A stretch of 64,000 nucleotides of DNA from the IMG/VR virus record IMGVR_UViG_3300005253_000063, positions 32,001 to 96,000 of that record. One strand, 5' to 3'. Under the pieces are notes generated by a model, which had not been told where the DNA came from, did not search any database, and worked only from the letters and a program-made list of their open reading frames with translations. Shown here piece by piece: positions 38,508 through 47,929 of the stretch. The number at the start of each line of letters is the position of its first letter. The stretch's first letter is position 1. Source of the DNA: a virus. The position numbers and the translations under genes are program-made.

Positions 38508-38830
38508 CGCGAAATCCCCACTTGGCCGAGTGTCTGTACGCGGGCGAGTACATGACCGAGCACGTGTTCGTCGCCGCGTGCCGCGAGCTGGTTGGCGAAG
38601 TGCTCGACCACCGCAGCATCACGCGCGCTGCCTCAGCGAACCGCGTGATGTTTGAGGGCCACCCCGAGAACGTCGAGACGGTCGACTGGCGCTCTGCCCG
38701 GTGGCGTGTGCGAACGGAAGCATGGGACGCGTGGGCCGACGTATTGCGCGCACTCGATGCTGAGCAGCGCCTCGGCGAACAACCGAGGGACGCCTTTCAT
38801 GGGCTCCGGTGGGATCCAGAACAAGCTTAG
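38504..38830 (+). CDS. Small protein, tandem paralog 3
   Basis: GEYMTEHVFVAACR...LRALDAEQRLGE. Confidence 0.6.
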   Translation: MTRNPHLAECLYAGEYMTEHVFVAACRELVGEVLDHRSITRAASANRVMFEGHPENVETVDWRSARWRVRTEAWDAWADVLRALDAEQRLGEQPRDAFHGLRWDPEQA

Positions 38831-38912
38831 CTGCACAGAGCGCACGGCTTCGGCCGTGCGTTCGATGGAGCATTGCTCCGCGACAACCAAACAGAAACAG
38901 GAGGCTGGAACA

Positions 38913-39788
38913 ATGACGCAACAAGCACAGGCGCAAGGCACTCAACAAGTGCAGGGCATAGTCGCGGTTACCGAGAGCATGGAAACGGCTGGCTGTATAG
39001 TCTGGTGGCGGCTCAGCGGTTCGACCGACGGCTACGCGCTGCGACAGGCGTGGGAAGACGCGGGACTCCCCGAGGATCTCGTTCCCGAGCTGCCCTCGGC
39101 CGAGAAGGCGCTACGCCGCGCGGTCATCGAGCAGCGCGAACGCAGGCGCTTGGTCCGCCCGCTTGAAGGCACGAAGGGCTGGGCCGTCGTGGACGAAGCG
39201 GCGAGCGGCGACGATCTCGATTACTCGGTCAGACTCAAAGTGACCCTCAACAAGATCGGCCACGTGAGCATCGAGCCGGAGGGTGCGGTTGGTTCCGACG
39301 AGATCAAGGCGGCGTACCAACGCCACCTCGCGCAGTTGGCGCAGACCGACATCAGCACGTGGCTGGTTCGTCTCGCCGCGCGTGTTCGCGCGGTCGCGCT
39401 TCGCGACACAGGCGGCGTATACTTCATCCCCCGCGAACAGGTTGCGCAGTGGCGACGGATGGCCGGCGCGCTCGGCGCAGCGAGCGCGAGTCGCGTCTTC
39501 GAGGTTCCCGCGCTCAAGAGCGACGAGGCGATCGAAGCCGTGCTCGACGCCGTGGCGCGCGAGGCCGAGACTGCTGCCGAGGTGATGGAGGAGGAGCTGG
39601 CGAAGGAGAATCTCGGGGAGCGCGCGTTGCGTACGCGGACCGAGCGCTGCGGCGCGATCGAAGAGAAGCTCTCGACGTACGAGAAGCTCCTGGGCACAAG
39701 CCTCGACGCACTCCACGACCGGCTCGAAGTTCTGCAAGCCGGTCTCGCAACCGCGGCCCTCGCAGCGATGGCAGGGGACGACGACTGA
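38913..39788 (+). CDS. DUF6744-like protein
   Basis: G-x-IVWW-x-L and LR-x-x-GGVYFIP motifs; coiled-coil C-terminus; family name from memory. Confidence 0.65.
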   Translation: MTQQAQAQGTQQVQGIVAVTESMETAGCIVWWRLSGSTDGYALRQAWEDAGLPEDLVPELPSAEKALRRAVIEQRERRRLVRPLEGTKGWAVVDEAASGDDLDYSVRLKVTLNKIGHVSIEPEGAVGSDEIKAAYQRHLAQLAQTDISTWLVRLAARVRAVALRDTGGVYFIPREQVAQWRRMAGALGAASASRVFEVPALKSDEAIEAVLDAVAREAETAAEVMEEELAKENLGERALRTRTERCGAIEEKLSTYEKLLGTSLDALHDRLEVLQAGLATAALAAMAGDDD

Positions 39789-39997
39789 TGGCGCAGTTCC
39801 GCCGGACGATCGAGAACGTGTCGATGCTGCTCACTACGTTCAAGCGACGTCCGAACGTCATCCGCGTTCAGAGCCGGTTCTGGGATCGCGAATTCGTTCG
39901 GGTAGACGAAGGCGTCTGGGAAGCTAGACCCTGGACGCCAGCCCTTCCGTTGGCTTTGGAACTTGAAGAACTTTACCAAGCGGGGGCATCGGCGTGA
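39788..39997 (+). CDS. Hypothetical protein
   Basis: TGATG and GTGA overlaps. Confidence 0.5.
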   Translation: MAQFRRTIENVSMLLTTFKRRPNVIRVQSRFWDREFVRVDEGVWEARPWTPALPLALELEELYQAGASA

Positions 39998-40383
39998 GCG
40001 GCACCGAACGTGTGTGGCGCGTGTCGCGCGAATCGGAGTGCATCTCCGTGACCACCCACGTGCGCAACGCGGGGTTCGGGAAACCGTCGACCTGCGCGGC
40101 TTCGCTCTTGGGTGAGTGCTGGTTCCTGAACCGCGTTGTCGTCCACAGGGACGATCGCGGTGCGGGCATTGGGAAAGAGTTGATGCGTCGTCTTCAACAA
40201 GCGCTCGGCGAGCGTTGGACCCTTGAGCGCTATCGCTCCGAGACTCACAAGTTGATCGTCACACCGGGAGGTTACGGCTCGGACCCCGCCGACCTGGAAA
40301 AGTTCTACCAGGCGTGCGGCTTCACGACAACGAGCCCGCTCCCTGAGCTGCTGATGGAATGGAAGATGCGCGATGCCAAGTGA
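39994..40383 (+). CDS. GNAT acetyltransferase
   Basis: V-x-x-x-x-RG-x-GIG-x-x-LM motif A and FY-x-x-x-GF. Confidence 0.85.
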   Translation: MSGTERVWRVSRESECISVTTHVRNAGFGKPSTCAASLLGECWFLNRVVVHRDDRGAGIGKELMRRLQQALGERWTLERYRSETHKLIVTPGGYGSDPADLEKFYQACGFTTTSPLPELLMEWKMRDAK

Positions 40384-40816
40384 CACGAACCGACGCCTCA
40401 ACATCTTCGAACGACGCGGGTGGTGCCCTGTTCGCTACGCGCATCACCCGAAGCCGATCAAGGACGCGCTGCGTAAGCTCGGCCTCCGACCACAGATAAA
40501 GCAGTGCTTCGCCAACAGCCAGCGCTTCTTCATGGGCGCGACGTGGCTCGACCTCGAATACTACGAGGGCTACATCACCACCATCATCCCGATGCCGCAC
40601 GGCTGGCTTCTGTGGGAGGAGCAGCTCATCGACCTGACCCTGGACTACGGGCCGGACGAGATTGAGTATCACGGGAGCACTGTGTACACGCGGGACGAGG
40701 TACGGAAGAACATGGTTCGCACGATGCAGTGGTGCGTGATGGACGATCGCGTGTTGCACTCGCATCACCCGCGCAGCGATGAAATCGAAGCGATGCGCGC
40801 GGAGGGATCACGATGA
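40373..40816 (+). CDS. Hypothetical protein with Cys/His/Asp papain-transglutaminase-like motif
   Basis: QCFANS...YYEGY...HGW...IDLT. Confidence 0.6.
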   Translation: MPSDTNRRLNIFERRGWCPVRYAHHPKPIKDALRKLGLRPQIKQCFANSQRFFMGATWLDLEYYEGYITTIIPMPHGWLLWEEQLIDLTLDYGPDEIEYHGSTVYTRDEVRKNMVRTMQWCVMDDRVLHSHHPRSDEIEAMRAEGSR

Positions 40817-41346
40817 CCGTAACAGAGCAGACGATCCGCGCGCAGCTCCAGCAGATCCTCGACGACTGGTACGAAGACTTCCTTGCCAAGGGAGGGGCAC
40901 GCATCCGCAAGCTGCTCGACAAACAGACCGAGCAGATCGTGCTGGGTCTGCTCGGCTTCCGCGCGGAGTACAACGGCAAGTGGCAGCTCGACGTCACGAA
41001 CGGTCGGAGTCACAACAGCTTCGTTGGCAAGTACCTCCACGAGAACGCCAAACGCGCGGTCGGTAAGTGGTTGGAGAAGTACCTGCACGAACCCATCGCA
41101 GTTGTGCCGAACGAGGAAGCGCTGGCGAGTGCGCGGAAGGAGTACGAGCGCACCTTCCGACGCGCCCTACTTGAAGGTGCTCAAACCAAGGCGCAAGAAC
41201 ATGCGACGAAGGCGCTTGAAGCCGTGGTGGGTACATCGCTACGAGAGCTTGGCCAACTCCTTGCGCCTGCGGGCGCACGAGCGCAGGACGCTCGCGACCG
41301 TCTCGTTGACGGTGACGAATGCGTAGTGGACGAGGAGGACGACTGA
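40813..41346 (+). CDS. Hypothetical protein
   Basis: GGAGG SD; ATGA overlap. Confidence 0.6.
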   Translation: MTVTEQTIRAQLQQILDDWYEDFLAKGGARIRKLLDKQTEQIVLGLLGFRAEYNGKWQLDVTNGRSHNSFVGKYLHENAKRAVGKWLEKYLHEPIAVVPNEEALASARKEYERTFRRALLEGAQTKAQEHATKALEAVVGTSLRELGQLLAPAGARAQDARDRLVDGDECVVDEEDD

Positions 41347-41693
41347 TGCGCGTGCTCGTCTGCGGTGACCGACATTGGACCGACCGGGGCGCCATCCTCA
41401 ATCGGCTCAGGGAGCTACCGCCCGGTGCCATAATCATCCACGGTGCTGCGAAGGGAGCCGACACGATCGCAGGCGAAGTAGCGAAGTCACTCGGCTTCGC
41501 AATCGAGGCGTACCTGGCGGACTGGGCGCAGTACGGTCGCGCCGCAGGACCGATTCGCAACGCGAAGATGCTCCAGGAAGGCAAGCCCGATCTGGTCATC
41601 GCGTACCACGCGGACATCGAGGCGAGTAAGGGTACGAAGAGCATGGTGCGGCTCGCACGCGCTGCAGGCATACCCGTCGAGGTGTTGCCGTGA
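41346..41693 (+). CDS. SLOG-family (DUF2493/YspA-like) protein
   Basis: VLVCG-x-R, IHG-x-A-x-GAD, ADW-x-x-YG-x-x-AGP-x-RN, GT-x-x-M motifs. Confidence 0.88.
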   Translation: MRVLVCGDRHWTDRGAILNRLRELPPGAIIIHGAAKGADTIAGEVAKSLGFAIEAYLADWAQYGRAAGPIRNAKMLQEGKPDLVIAYHADIEASKGTKSMVRLARAAGIPVEVLP

Positions 41694-41944
41694 GACGCGT
41701 GAACCTCGCGACACGAGAAGAATTGGTCGCGCGCATTCGCCTCGGCGAACGCATTGGCGGCTTCTATTGGGTACAGGAAGGCACTGGCGCGCTACACGCT
41801 CGACTAGTGGATGGATCGCGGGTGCACGTTCACGCAGATGCGCACTTGATTCTACTGGGTCGCCTCGCGCCGGGTGATGTATGCGATGTCTGTTTGGAGA
41901 TCGTAACGCGAGCCGCACGAAAGGAAGGTCGTGTCGAAGCGTAG
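41690..41944 (+). CDS. Hypothetical protein
   Basis: GTGA overlap; C-x-x-C. Confidence 0.45.
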   Translation: MRRVNLATREELVARIRLGERIGGFYWVQEGTGALHARLVDGSRVHVHADAHLILLGRLAPGDVCDVCLEIVTRAARKEGRVEA

Positions 41945-42713
41945 GAACAAACAGCCGCGCCGCACACCGCGCGATGCGCCATGGACTCCGTTCTATCAGT
42001 GCGACCACTACACGGACGGAGCCGGCAACAAGACGGCGCTGCCCACGGGCGCGGTCTATCTGCGCAACAACCACTACCAGGTCGACCTCCGCGTCATGGA
42101 GTCGAAGGAACCCTTCGGTCGAGTCGTGTGGCTCTCGATCAAGCGTAACGACCGTAAGACGATACACGACTGGCGCGACCTGCAGCGCATTAAGACGGAA
42201 GTCCTCGGTGCGGAGATCGAGGCGATCGAGTTGTATCCCGCGGAGTCACGACACGTGGACACGTCGAACCAGTATTGCCTCTGGTGCTTCATGGACGGCT
42301 ACCGCTTTCCGTATGGCTACCAGGAGCGTTTGCTCATGGACAAGGATCGCGGTGACGGTCCGCCCGAGCTGAGCTTGTCGCAGCAACGACCGTGGCGCTA
42401 CCACGAGCGACCGGATGACGTCCTCTCGATGGGCGAAGTGATGAGGCAGTACGTGAAGGACAAGGACTTCGGCGCCCGCGTGGACGGGCTGCCCGCAACA
42501 ACCAAGGAGGCTGGAGATGGCAAAGGTGCAGTCGAAGAAGTGCAACGAGTGCGAGGTTCGAAAACCCGTGGGCTCGTTCGACAAACACAAGAACGCGAAG
42601 GACGGCTACCGGGCGACGTGCAAGAAGTGCCGCGGCGGAATGAAGGCAAAGGCCAAGCCGAAGCGCAAGATGTCGCAAGGGCAGAAGGTCACGCTCGCGA
42701 ACAAGATGACTAA
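41931..42713 (+). CDS. Conserved phage hypothetical protein
   Basis: WLSIKR-x-D...DWRDLQ-x-IK...EA-x-ELYP-x-ES motif; last ~65 codons overlap next gene. Confidence 0.7.
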   Translation: MSKRRNKQPRRTPRDAPWTPFYQCDHYTDGAGNKTALPTGAVYLRNNHYQVDLRVMESKEPFGRVVWLSIKRNDRKTIHDWRDLQRIKTEVLGAEIEAIELYPAESRHVDTSNQYCLWCFMDGYRFPYGYQERLLMDKDRGDGPPELSLSQQRPWRYHERPDDVLSMGEVMRQYVKDKDFGARVDGLPATTKEAGDGKGAVEEVQRVRGSKTRGLVRQTQEREGRLPGDVQEVPRRNEGKGQAEAQDVARAEGHAREQDD

Positions 42714-42849
42714 CGGAAGCGGTGACGAGCACCCGCTCGCGAGTTCGTTGCGCAAGCTCTACCGCAAGGGCGTGCGCCGGGTCGAGTTCGACGATAAGGG
42801 AGTCGCCAAGCTCGAACTCATCTCGACCGAAGTCGTGCGCGGACTGTAG
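42517..42849 (+). CDS. Zinc-finger protein
   Basis: K-x-C-x-x-C...F...DG-x-x-x-x-CK-x-C; AAGGAGG SD. Confidence 0.7.
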   Translation: MAKVQSKKCNECEVRKPVGSFDKHKNAKDGYRATCKKCRGGMKAKAKPKRKMSQGQKVTLANKMTNGSGDEHPLASSLRKLYRKGVRRVEFDDKGVAKLELISTEVVRGL

Positions 42850-42924
42850 GACGGCTGCGCAGGTCGGCTCGATCGTCGGGCCAACCGCCGGAGCAATCCT
42901 GCTCATCTGGGAAGGAGGCTGGAG

Positions 42925-43317
42925 ATGTCACAACTCCAAGACGTACGCCTGCGCGGAGTCGCCACTGATGACTTCCGTCGCAGCGAGAAGACGATGTTCG
43001 ATCGTTGGCGGAAGAAGAACCGCAGCATCAAGTTCGGTCCGAACGATGCGGTGATGTTCGTGTCGGGCACGGGTAACCAGATCGTGTTCGTGTTTCGCCC
43101 GGTGACGATCGACAACTCGGAGCACAAGGGTAGCGACGAGTACGAGGTCACGCCCTCGCGAAGGTTGCGGCTCGATGGCGGCACCTGGCACCCGTGGATG
43201 ATTCAGAAGTACGCGGAGCAGCTTGGGCTGCACGCCGACGGCATCAAGCCGTTTGAGGCGCACTTCAACGAGTGGCAGGAGCGCAAGCGTCGCCGCCGCA
43301 GGAGACGACGGGGGTGA
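42925..43317 (+). CDS. Hypothetical protein, weak IS66 Orf2-like motifs
   Basis: TDDFRRS / AVMFVS...NQIVFV / RLDGGTWHPW pattern. Confidence 0.6.
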   Translation: MSQLQDVRLRGVATDDFRRSEKTMFDRWRKKNRSIKFGPNDAVMFVSGTGNQIVFVFRPVTIDNSEHKGSDEYEVTPSRRLRLDGGTWHPWMIQKYAEQLGLHADGIKPFEAHFNEWQERKRRRRRRRRG

Positions 43318-43630
43318 CACGATCCCTCTCATCGCGACCCTGCCCGCGTCATCCGCGAGCAGCTCCCCTAGAACTGGGTCCGCACACGCGGAGTCCCGTT
43401 TCAGGGGGTCCCGCCCAGCGCGACTACAGGGGTTCCAGGGGGACCCCACGAGGGCGGGCTGTGCTGGGTCCCAGCGTGGGGTCCCCTGTGAGACGCAATG
43501 ATGCGGCCCTCGTGCGGGCAACCCGCTGTGTCGCAGTACAGAGCGTCGACGGAGCCGTTAGACCCCGCCGCGGATCCGGGGGGCCTGTGGATCCGCATTG
43601 TAAGTGCGCTTACATTTCACAGGGGGCCGC
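43318..43630. other. Structured non-coding interval
   Basis: Several inverted repeats and CAGGGG repeats; no convincing ORF. Confidence 0.5.
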
Positions 43631-43978
43631 GTGAGCCGGCGCAAACGAGGCGAGGAACCCACGCTCGCGGAGGTCTTCGCAGGGGCCTTTCGCGACATAG
43701 GCACGCGTGGCTACGAGCCCGACTGGTCCGAGCGCGCGACGTCGGAGCAGATCGCGAAGCTTGACGACAAGCGCAGGGGCGTCACCGCGGAACAGGATGC
43801 AGTGCGTCGACTCGCGGGTCGATGCGAAGCGTGCGGCCACGCCGAGGTCGACCACGTCGAGGTGTGGACTGTCGACATGCGAGTTGAACAACTCGCGCTC
43901 GGCCTCGACCGCTCCTCGGGTAGCGCGTTCATCTGCTCCGTGGGCAACTGCCGTTGTACGGAGTCGGTGAAAGAATGA
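43631..43978 (+). CDS. Hypothetical protein with Cys/His cluster
   Basis: C-x-x-CGH-x-x-x-x-H...C...C-x-C. Confidence 0.55.
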   Translation: MSRRKRGEEPTLAEVFAGAFRDIGTRGYEPDWSERATSEQIAKLDDKRRGVTAEQDAVRRLAGRCEACGHAEVDHVEVWTVDMRVEQLALGLDRSSGSAFICSVGNCRCTESVKE

Positions 43979-44247
43979 AGCTCTACGAGACCGAAGTCCG
44001 CATCCTGGTCTACTCGATCGCGGAGTCGGAAGAAGAGGCGCGCAGGCGTGCGCTGGAGTTCGCCGATATTGAACTAATGAAGGGGCGCGGCGACGCGTTC
44101 ATGACCACGCCGATCAGCGAGGTCGATGAGATCGTACTGCCGTGGCCGGACGAGCGTCCGTACGGCAGCAACAAGAGTTTGACCTGCGCCCAATGGGTGC
44201 GGAGGCTGGAGAGACCCGATGCCAAAGAAGACACTGAAGCAGGCTGA
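43975..44247 (+). CDS. Hypothetical protein
   Basis: ATGA overlap; AESEEEA motif. Confidence 0.55.
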   Translation: MKLYETEVRILVYSIAESEEEARRRALEFADIELMKGRGDAFMTTPISEVDEIVLPWPDERPYGSNKSLTCAQWVRRLERPDAKEDTEAG

Positions 44248-44683
44248 GCGCGAGCTAGCGAAAGCGCTCGGCCGTCTGGATGAGTACCAAGGGATCGTCG
44301 GGCGACGCAACGCGCGCAAGGCGGTCGCGAAAGCGCTGCGCTCAGTTCGCAACGTGGTCGATCGCGACTTCGCTCCGATCCGCGGTAGGGCCAAGAAGCG
44401 TCTGTCGGGTAAGCCTGCTGACGTGCAGCGCCGCTTCCATCGCCGGATGGAGGAGCTTGACTACGACCCCGTGCCTTCGGACGCAGCCTTGATGGGGATG
44501 CTCGTGAAGGCAAAGGTTCCCATGAAGGTCGAGCCGGGAACTAGCGGTATGGAAATTTGGATCCCGCATTGGGTTCTTATGATCCCGCACCACGCGCGCA
44601 CCGTGTCCCGGCTGCGCAAGCTCGCGAAGTCGCCGAACGACCGCAGAGTCTGGCTTGCGCGCAAAGCGTTGGAGAAGGAGTAA
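44219..44683 (+). CDS. Basic hypothetical protein
   Basis: GGAG SD; GC3-rich. Confidence 0.55.
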   Translation: MPKKTLKQAERELAKALGRLDEYQGIVGRRNARKAVAKALRSVRNVVDRDFAPIRGRAKKRLSGKPADVQRRFHRRMEELDYDPVPSDAALMGMLVKAKVPMKVEPGTSGMEIWIPHWVLMIPHHARTVSRLRKLAKSPNDRRVWLARKALEKE

Positions 44684-44686
44684 GCC

Positions 44687-45259
44687 GTGGCAGACCCGGA
44701 CGACCTTGACGAGTTCGACGACATCGCGCGGGTGGCTGCGCGCGTTGCGCGGAAGTACAAACGCACCTATTGGTGGAGCGAGGAGGAGGACCTGCGTCAG
44801 GAGGCGTGGGCCGCACTGCTCAAGGCAGTCCACCATTGGGATCCGCGCGTGGGTGCTCCCCTCGAAGCGTATCTTTGGCGCGCTGCGAACTACGCGCTGC
44901 GACCGTTCGTGTGGAAGAACGCCTCGATCGCAAGCGCGTCCTATCGACAGCTCGCCGAGCTGTTCAAGCACCACCGCGCGCAGCTCAACGAATCGATCGT
45001 GGACCCCGCGCCGTCGGCAGACGAGGTCATCGAGGAGGCGCGTTGGCGGCGCGCGATCCGCAAGGAGCTTGCGCGCATCTTCGCGAGCGACAAAGATGGT
45101 AGTCTCGCGGAGGCCGTGCTCATGGCGGGGTACAAACCGTTGCAGGTTGCTCACGTCTTGGATGTCCCGGTACAACGTGTCTACAGCGCGAGCGCACAGA
45201 TACGCCGACGCATCGAATCCGACTACACCCTCTTCAAGCTCTGGAGGAACAACACGTGA
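44687..45259 (+). CDS. Phage sigma70-like factor
   Basis: Region 2 EDL-x-QEA-x-x-ALL-x-AV-x-x-WDP-x-x-G-x-x-L-x-x-YL; C-terminal HTH. Confidence 0.8.
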   Translation: MADPDDLDEFDDIARVAARVARKYKRTYWWSEEEDLRQEAWAALLKAVHHWDPRVGAPLEAYLWRAANYALRPFVWKNASIASASYRQLAELFKHHRAQLNESIVDPAPSADEVIEEARWRRAIRKELARIFASDKDGSLAEAVLMAGYKPLQVAHVLDVPVQRVYSASAQIRRRIESDYTLFKLWRNNT

Positions 45260-45903
45260 AGATTGCACTGGGACCAGAGACGCACGTCGTCGACGTTCGC
45301 TTGGACACGATCGATGAAGCGCCCGACAACCCCAACGTCATGGAGCCCGAGATGTACGTGCGGCTCGTCGAAGCGATCCGTCGGTTCGGGTTCCTGCAGC
45401 CGGTTCTCTTGAAAGAGACGGAGAACGATCGCTTCGAGATCGTGGACGGACATCACCGCATCCGCGCAGCGCGCGAGCTGGAGTACGAGTTCGTTTCCGC
45501 GGTCGTGGTCGACCAGGAGGATGACGCACACGCACTGGCCGAGGTGCTGCGGGTCGGGATGAACAAGCTGCGCGGCGAGCTGGACCTCTCCGGGGTCGGG
45601 CGCATCCTGGCTGACCTGGAGAAGAACGGTTGGGCAATGGACGACCTCGTGCTCAGCGGTTTCAACGAGAGCGAGATCAACGACCTGATCGACACGGTGA
45701 CGCGCGACCCGGGTGAGGACCTCTCCGGTATGGGAGGCGCTCCGCCACCCGACCTCGACCCGCCGCCACCGCGTCCCTTCCTCATCGAGATCCTGTTCTC
45801 GTCACGCGAGGAGTACCAGCAAGCCCGGAAAGGTCTGCGCCGCGCGGCGGGCAAGGGCAACGAACTGTCTGTGGGATTGCTGCGATTGCTGGGCGAACAG
45901 TGA
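45256..45903 (+). CDS. ParB/Srx-like protein
   Basis: NPN-x-M, I-x-x-FGFLQPV and IVDGHHR motifs. Confidence 0.85.
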   Translation: MKIALGPETHVVDVRLDTIDEAPDNPNVMEPEMYVRLVEAIRRFGFLQPVLLKETENDRFEIVDGHHRIRAARELEYEFVSAVVVDQEDDAHALAEVLRVGMNKLRGELDLSGVGRILADLEKNGWAMDDLVLSGFNESEINDLIDTVTRDPGEDLSGMGGAPPPDLDPPPPRPFLIEILFSSREEYQQARKGLRRAAGKGNELSVGLLRLLGEQ

Positions 45904-45951
45904 TAGCGCACAACTAGCGAAACAAGCATACTCAGCGGAGAGGAGACAGTA

Positions 45952-46197
45952 ATGACTCGACGCTCGAAGCAAGCAGAGTTTCTACGAACGAAAGGCTACG
46001 TCCGCGCGACCAAGGCCGCGCAACTCGTCCGAGTATCACCGTCCGCCATCTACCGGATGCTGGAGCAGGAGACGCTCGACGGCACGAAGATCGGGGGCCG
46101 GTGGTACGTCACGCTCAAGTCGCTCATCGAATACTGTGGCTCGGCTGCGAAGGAGTTCGGTCTGCTGGAGCTGCAGCGGAAGGCGCGGGCCCGGTAG
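45952..46197 (+). CDS. Excisionase-like HTH protein
   Basis: AA-x-L-x-x-VS-x-x-x-IYR...KIGGRWYV. Confidence 0.8.
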   Translation: MTRRSKQAEFLRTKGYVRATKAAQLVRVSPSAIYRMLEQETLDGTKIGGRWYVTLKSLIEYCGSAAKEFGLLELQRKARAR

Positions 46198-46541
46198 TGT
46201 CCAAGGTGCTCGGCACAACCCGGGACGGTAGGGCGCGGTTTCACGCGAGCGGGTGGGACGTTCAGCGTGTCACGGTGCGACATGGCGTGCTCGTATGCAA
46301 CCAATGCGGGCACGAACACGAGTGCGACGATGAGCTGTGCTTCTTCTTTCATCCGCAGCGGGGACAAGGACCGTGGGTCTGCCCAGGCGAATGCTACGTC
46401 GAGCAGGTTGAGAGTGCCGCACGCTATCGTCTCGCGACCGAGTCGTTTCGCCGACTCGGGGGTGCCGGGAGATTCCCGGACGAGGACGAGGTCGAAGACG
46501 ATCCCTTACACACCGGCATCTTCACCAAGGTTGGTGCCTAG
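46197..46541 (+). CDS. Zinc-binding hypothetical protein
   Basis: Two Cys pairs; TAGTG overlaps. Confidence 0.55.
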   Translation: MSKVLGTTRDGRARFHASGWDVQRVTVRHGVLVCNQCGHEHECDDELCFFFHPQRGQGPWVCPGECYVEQVESAARYRLATESFRRLGGAGRFPDEDEVEDDPLHTGIFTKVGA

Positions 46542-47929
46542 TGTGGCTGGAAGCTAATAACTTGCACGCGCGGGTCGTGCGCGCAACGCGAGAAGACCGG
46601 CGTTGGTTGCACGGCTACCTCTCGTTCGAAGATACGAGCGCGCACTACCGCAAGGGTGGGGGTGGCGGACGGACGTCGCTTTACAACCTCATCGCTGACT
46701 CGTTCCCCGCGGGACTCATCTCGCTCGTCATCCGCGGTGCAAAGGCCGAGGGCATGCAGGTGCAGATCATTGACAAGCGTACGTGCCCCGCGCCACGCGA
46801 TCCCAACGCGGACCTGGCCTGGCTACGCGACTACCAGGAGGACGCAGTCGAAGCTAGCGCTCGCAGGACGCGTGGCATTCTCTGGATGCCGACCGGCTCG
46901 GGCAAAGGGGAAATAGTGCTCGGCCTTGTGCGCGCGATGCCCTGCAACTGGCTGTTCGTGGTCCACCGCTCCGGGTTGATGTATGACATCGCGGACCGAT
47001 ACGAAAAACGGAACTCACTCGAAGCAGCTGGCCGCATCGGCGATGGGAAGTGGGAGTCTGCGGACCCGAGCGGCGCGAGCGGAGCCTCTCTCACGTGTGC
47101 GACGTTTCAGACTTTGAGTAAGGCATACGGCACCCCGCAGTTCGCACAGCTCGCGAACTCTGCCCAGGGCCTCATCGTTGACGAAGCGCACTGTTTGCCA
47201 GCCGCGTCGTTTTGGCGCGTCGCGATGCAGATGCGGAACGCGTACTACCGGATCGCGATGAGCGGCACACCGCTCGCGCGCGGTGACAGGAAGAGCCTGT
47301 ACACGGTCGCCGCAATGGGCTCGGTCATCTATCGCATCAAGCCGGACGTGTTGATCGCTGCAGGCGTGCTCGCGAAGCCGCGCATCAAGTTGGTGCCCTG
47401 CTTCCAAACGAGCGACCGGCCCACGTGGCAGGGCGTGTACGGCGAGTGCATCGTACGATCGAAGCGCCGCAACCGGCTTGTTACCGAAGCCGCGAAGCGT
47501 GCGAAGGCGCCGATGCTCATCTTCGTCAAGGAGATCAAGCACGGCAAGCTGCTCCGCACGATGCTCGAAGACGCGAACATCCAGACCGACTTCGTCTGGG
47601 GTTCGGACTCGCAGCGGTCCCGCGAGCGTTCGGTCGAACGACTGGAGCGCGGCGACATCGATGCGATCGTTTGCTCGGTCGTCTTCCAGGAGGGCATCGA
47701 CATCCCTTCGCTGGAGTCGGTCGTTGTTGCCAGCGGTGGGCAGAGTGTCATCGCTACGCTGCAACGCATCGGTCGCGGGATGCGAACCGACCAAGGACGT
47801 AAGACGACGTTTGAAGTATGGGACCTCGACGACCGTGGGCAGAAGTGGTTGGAGAAGCACAGCCGCGCTCGGTCTCGCGCGTACCGTTCGGAAGGCTACG
47901 AAGTCGTAGTCGAATCGGTGGCCGCGTGA
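46541..47929 (+). CDS. SF2 DNA helicase (UvsW/XPB-like)
   Basis: LRDYQ, PTGSGK, DEAH, SGTP, EGIDIP and QRIGRGMR motifs. Confidence 0.93.
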   Translation: MWLEANNLHARVVRATREDRRWLHGYLSFEDTSAHYRKGGGGGRTSLYNLIADSFPAGLISLVIRGAKAEGMQVQIIDKRTCPAPRDPNADLAWLRDYQEDAVEASARRTRGILWMPTGSGKGEIVLGLVRAMPCNWLFVVHRSGLMYDIADRYEKRNSLEAAGRIGDGKWESADPSGASGASLTCATFQTLSKAYGTPQFAQLANSAQGLIVDEAHCLPAASFWRVAMQMRNAYYRIAMSGTPLARGDRKSLYTVAAMGSVIYRIKPDVLIAAGVLAKPRIKLVPCFQTSDRPTWQGVYGECIVRSKRRNRLVTEAAKRAKAPMLIFVKEIKHGKLLRTMLEDANIQTDFVWGSDSQRSRERSVERLERGDIDAIVCSVVFQEGIDIPSLESVVVASGGQSVIATLQRIGRGMRTDQGRKTTFEVWDLDDRGQKWLEKHSRARSRAYRSEGYEVVVESVAA

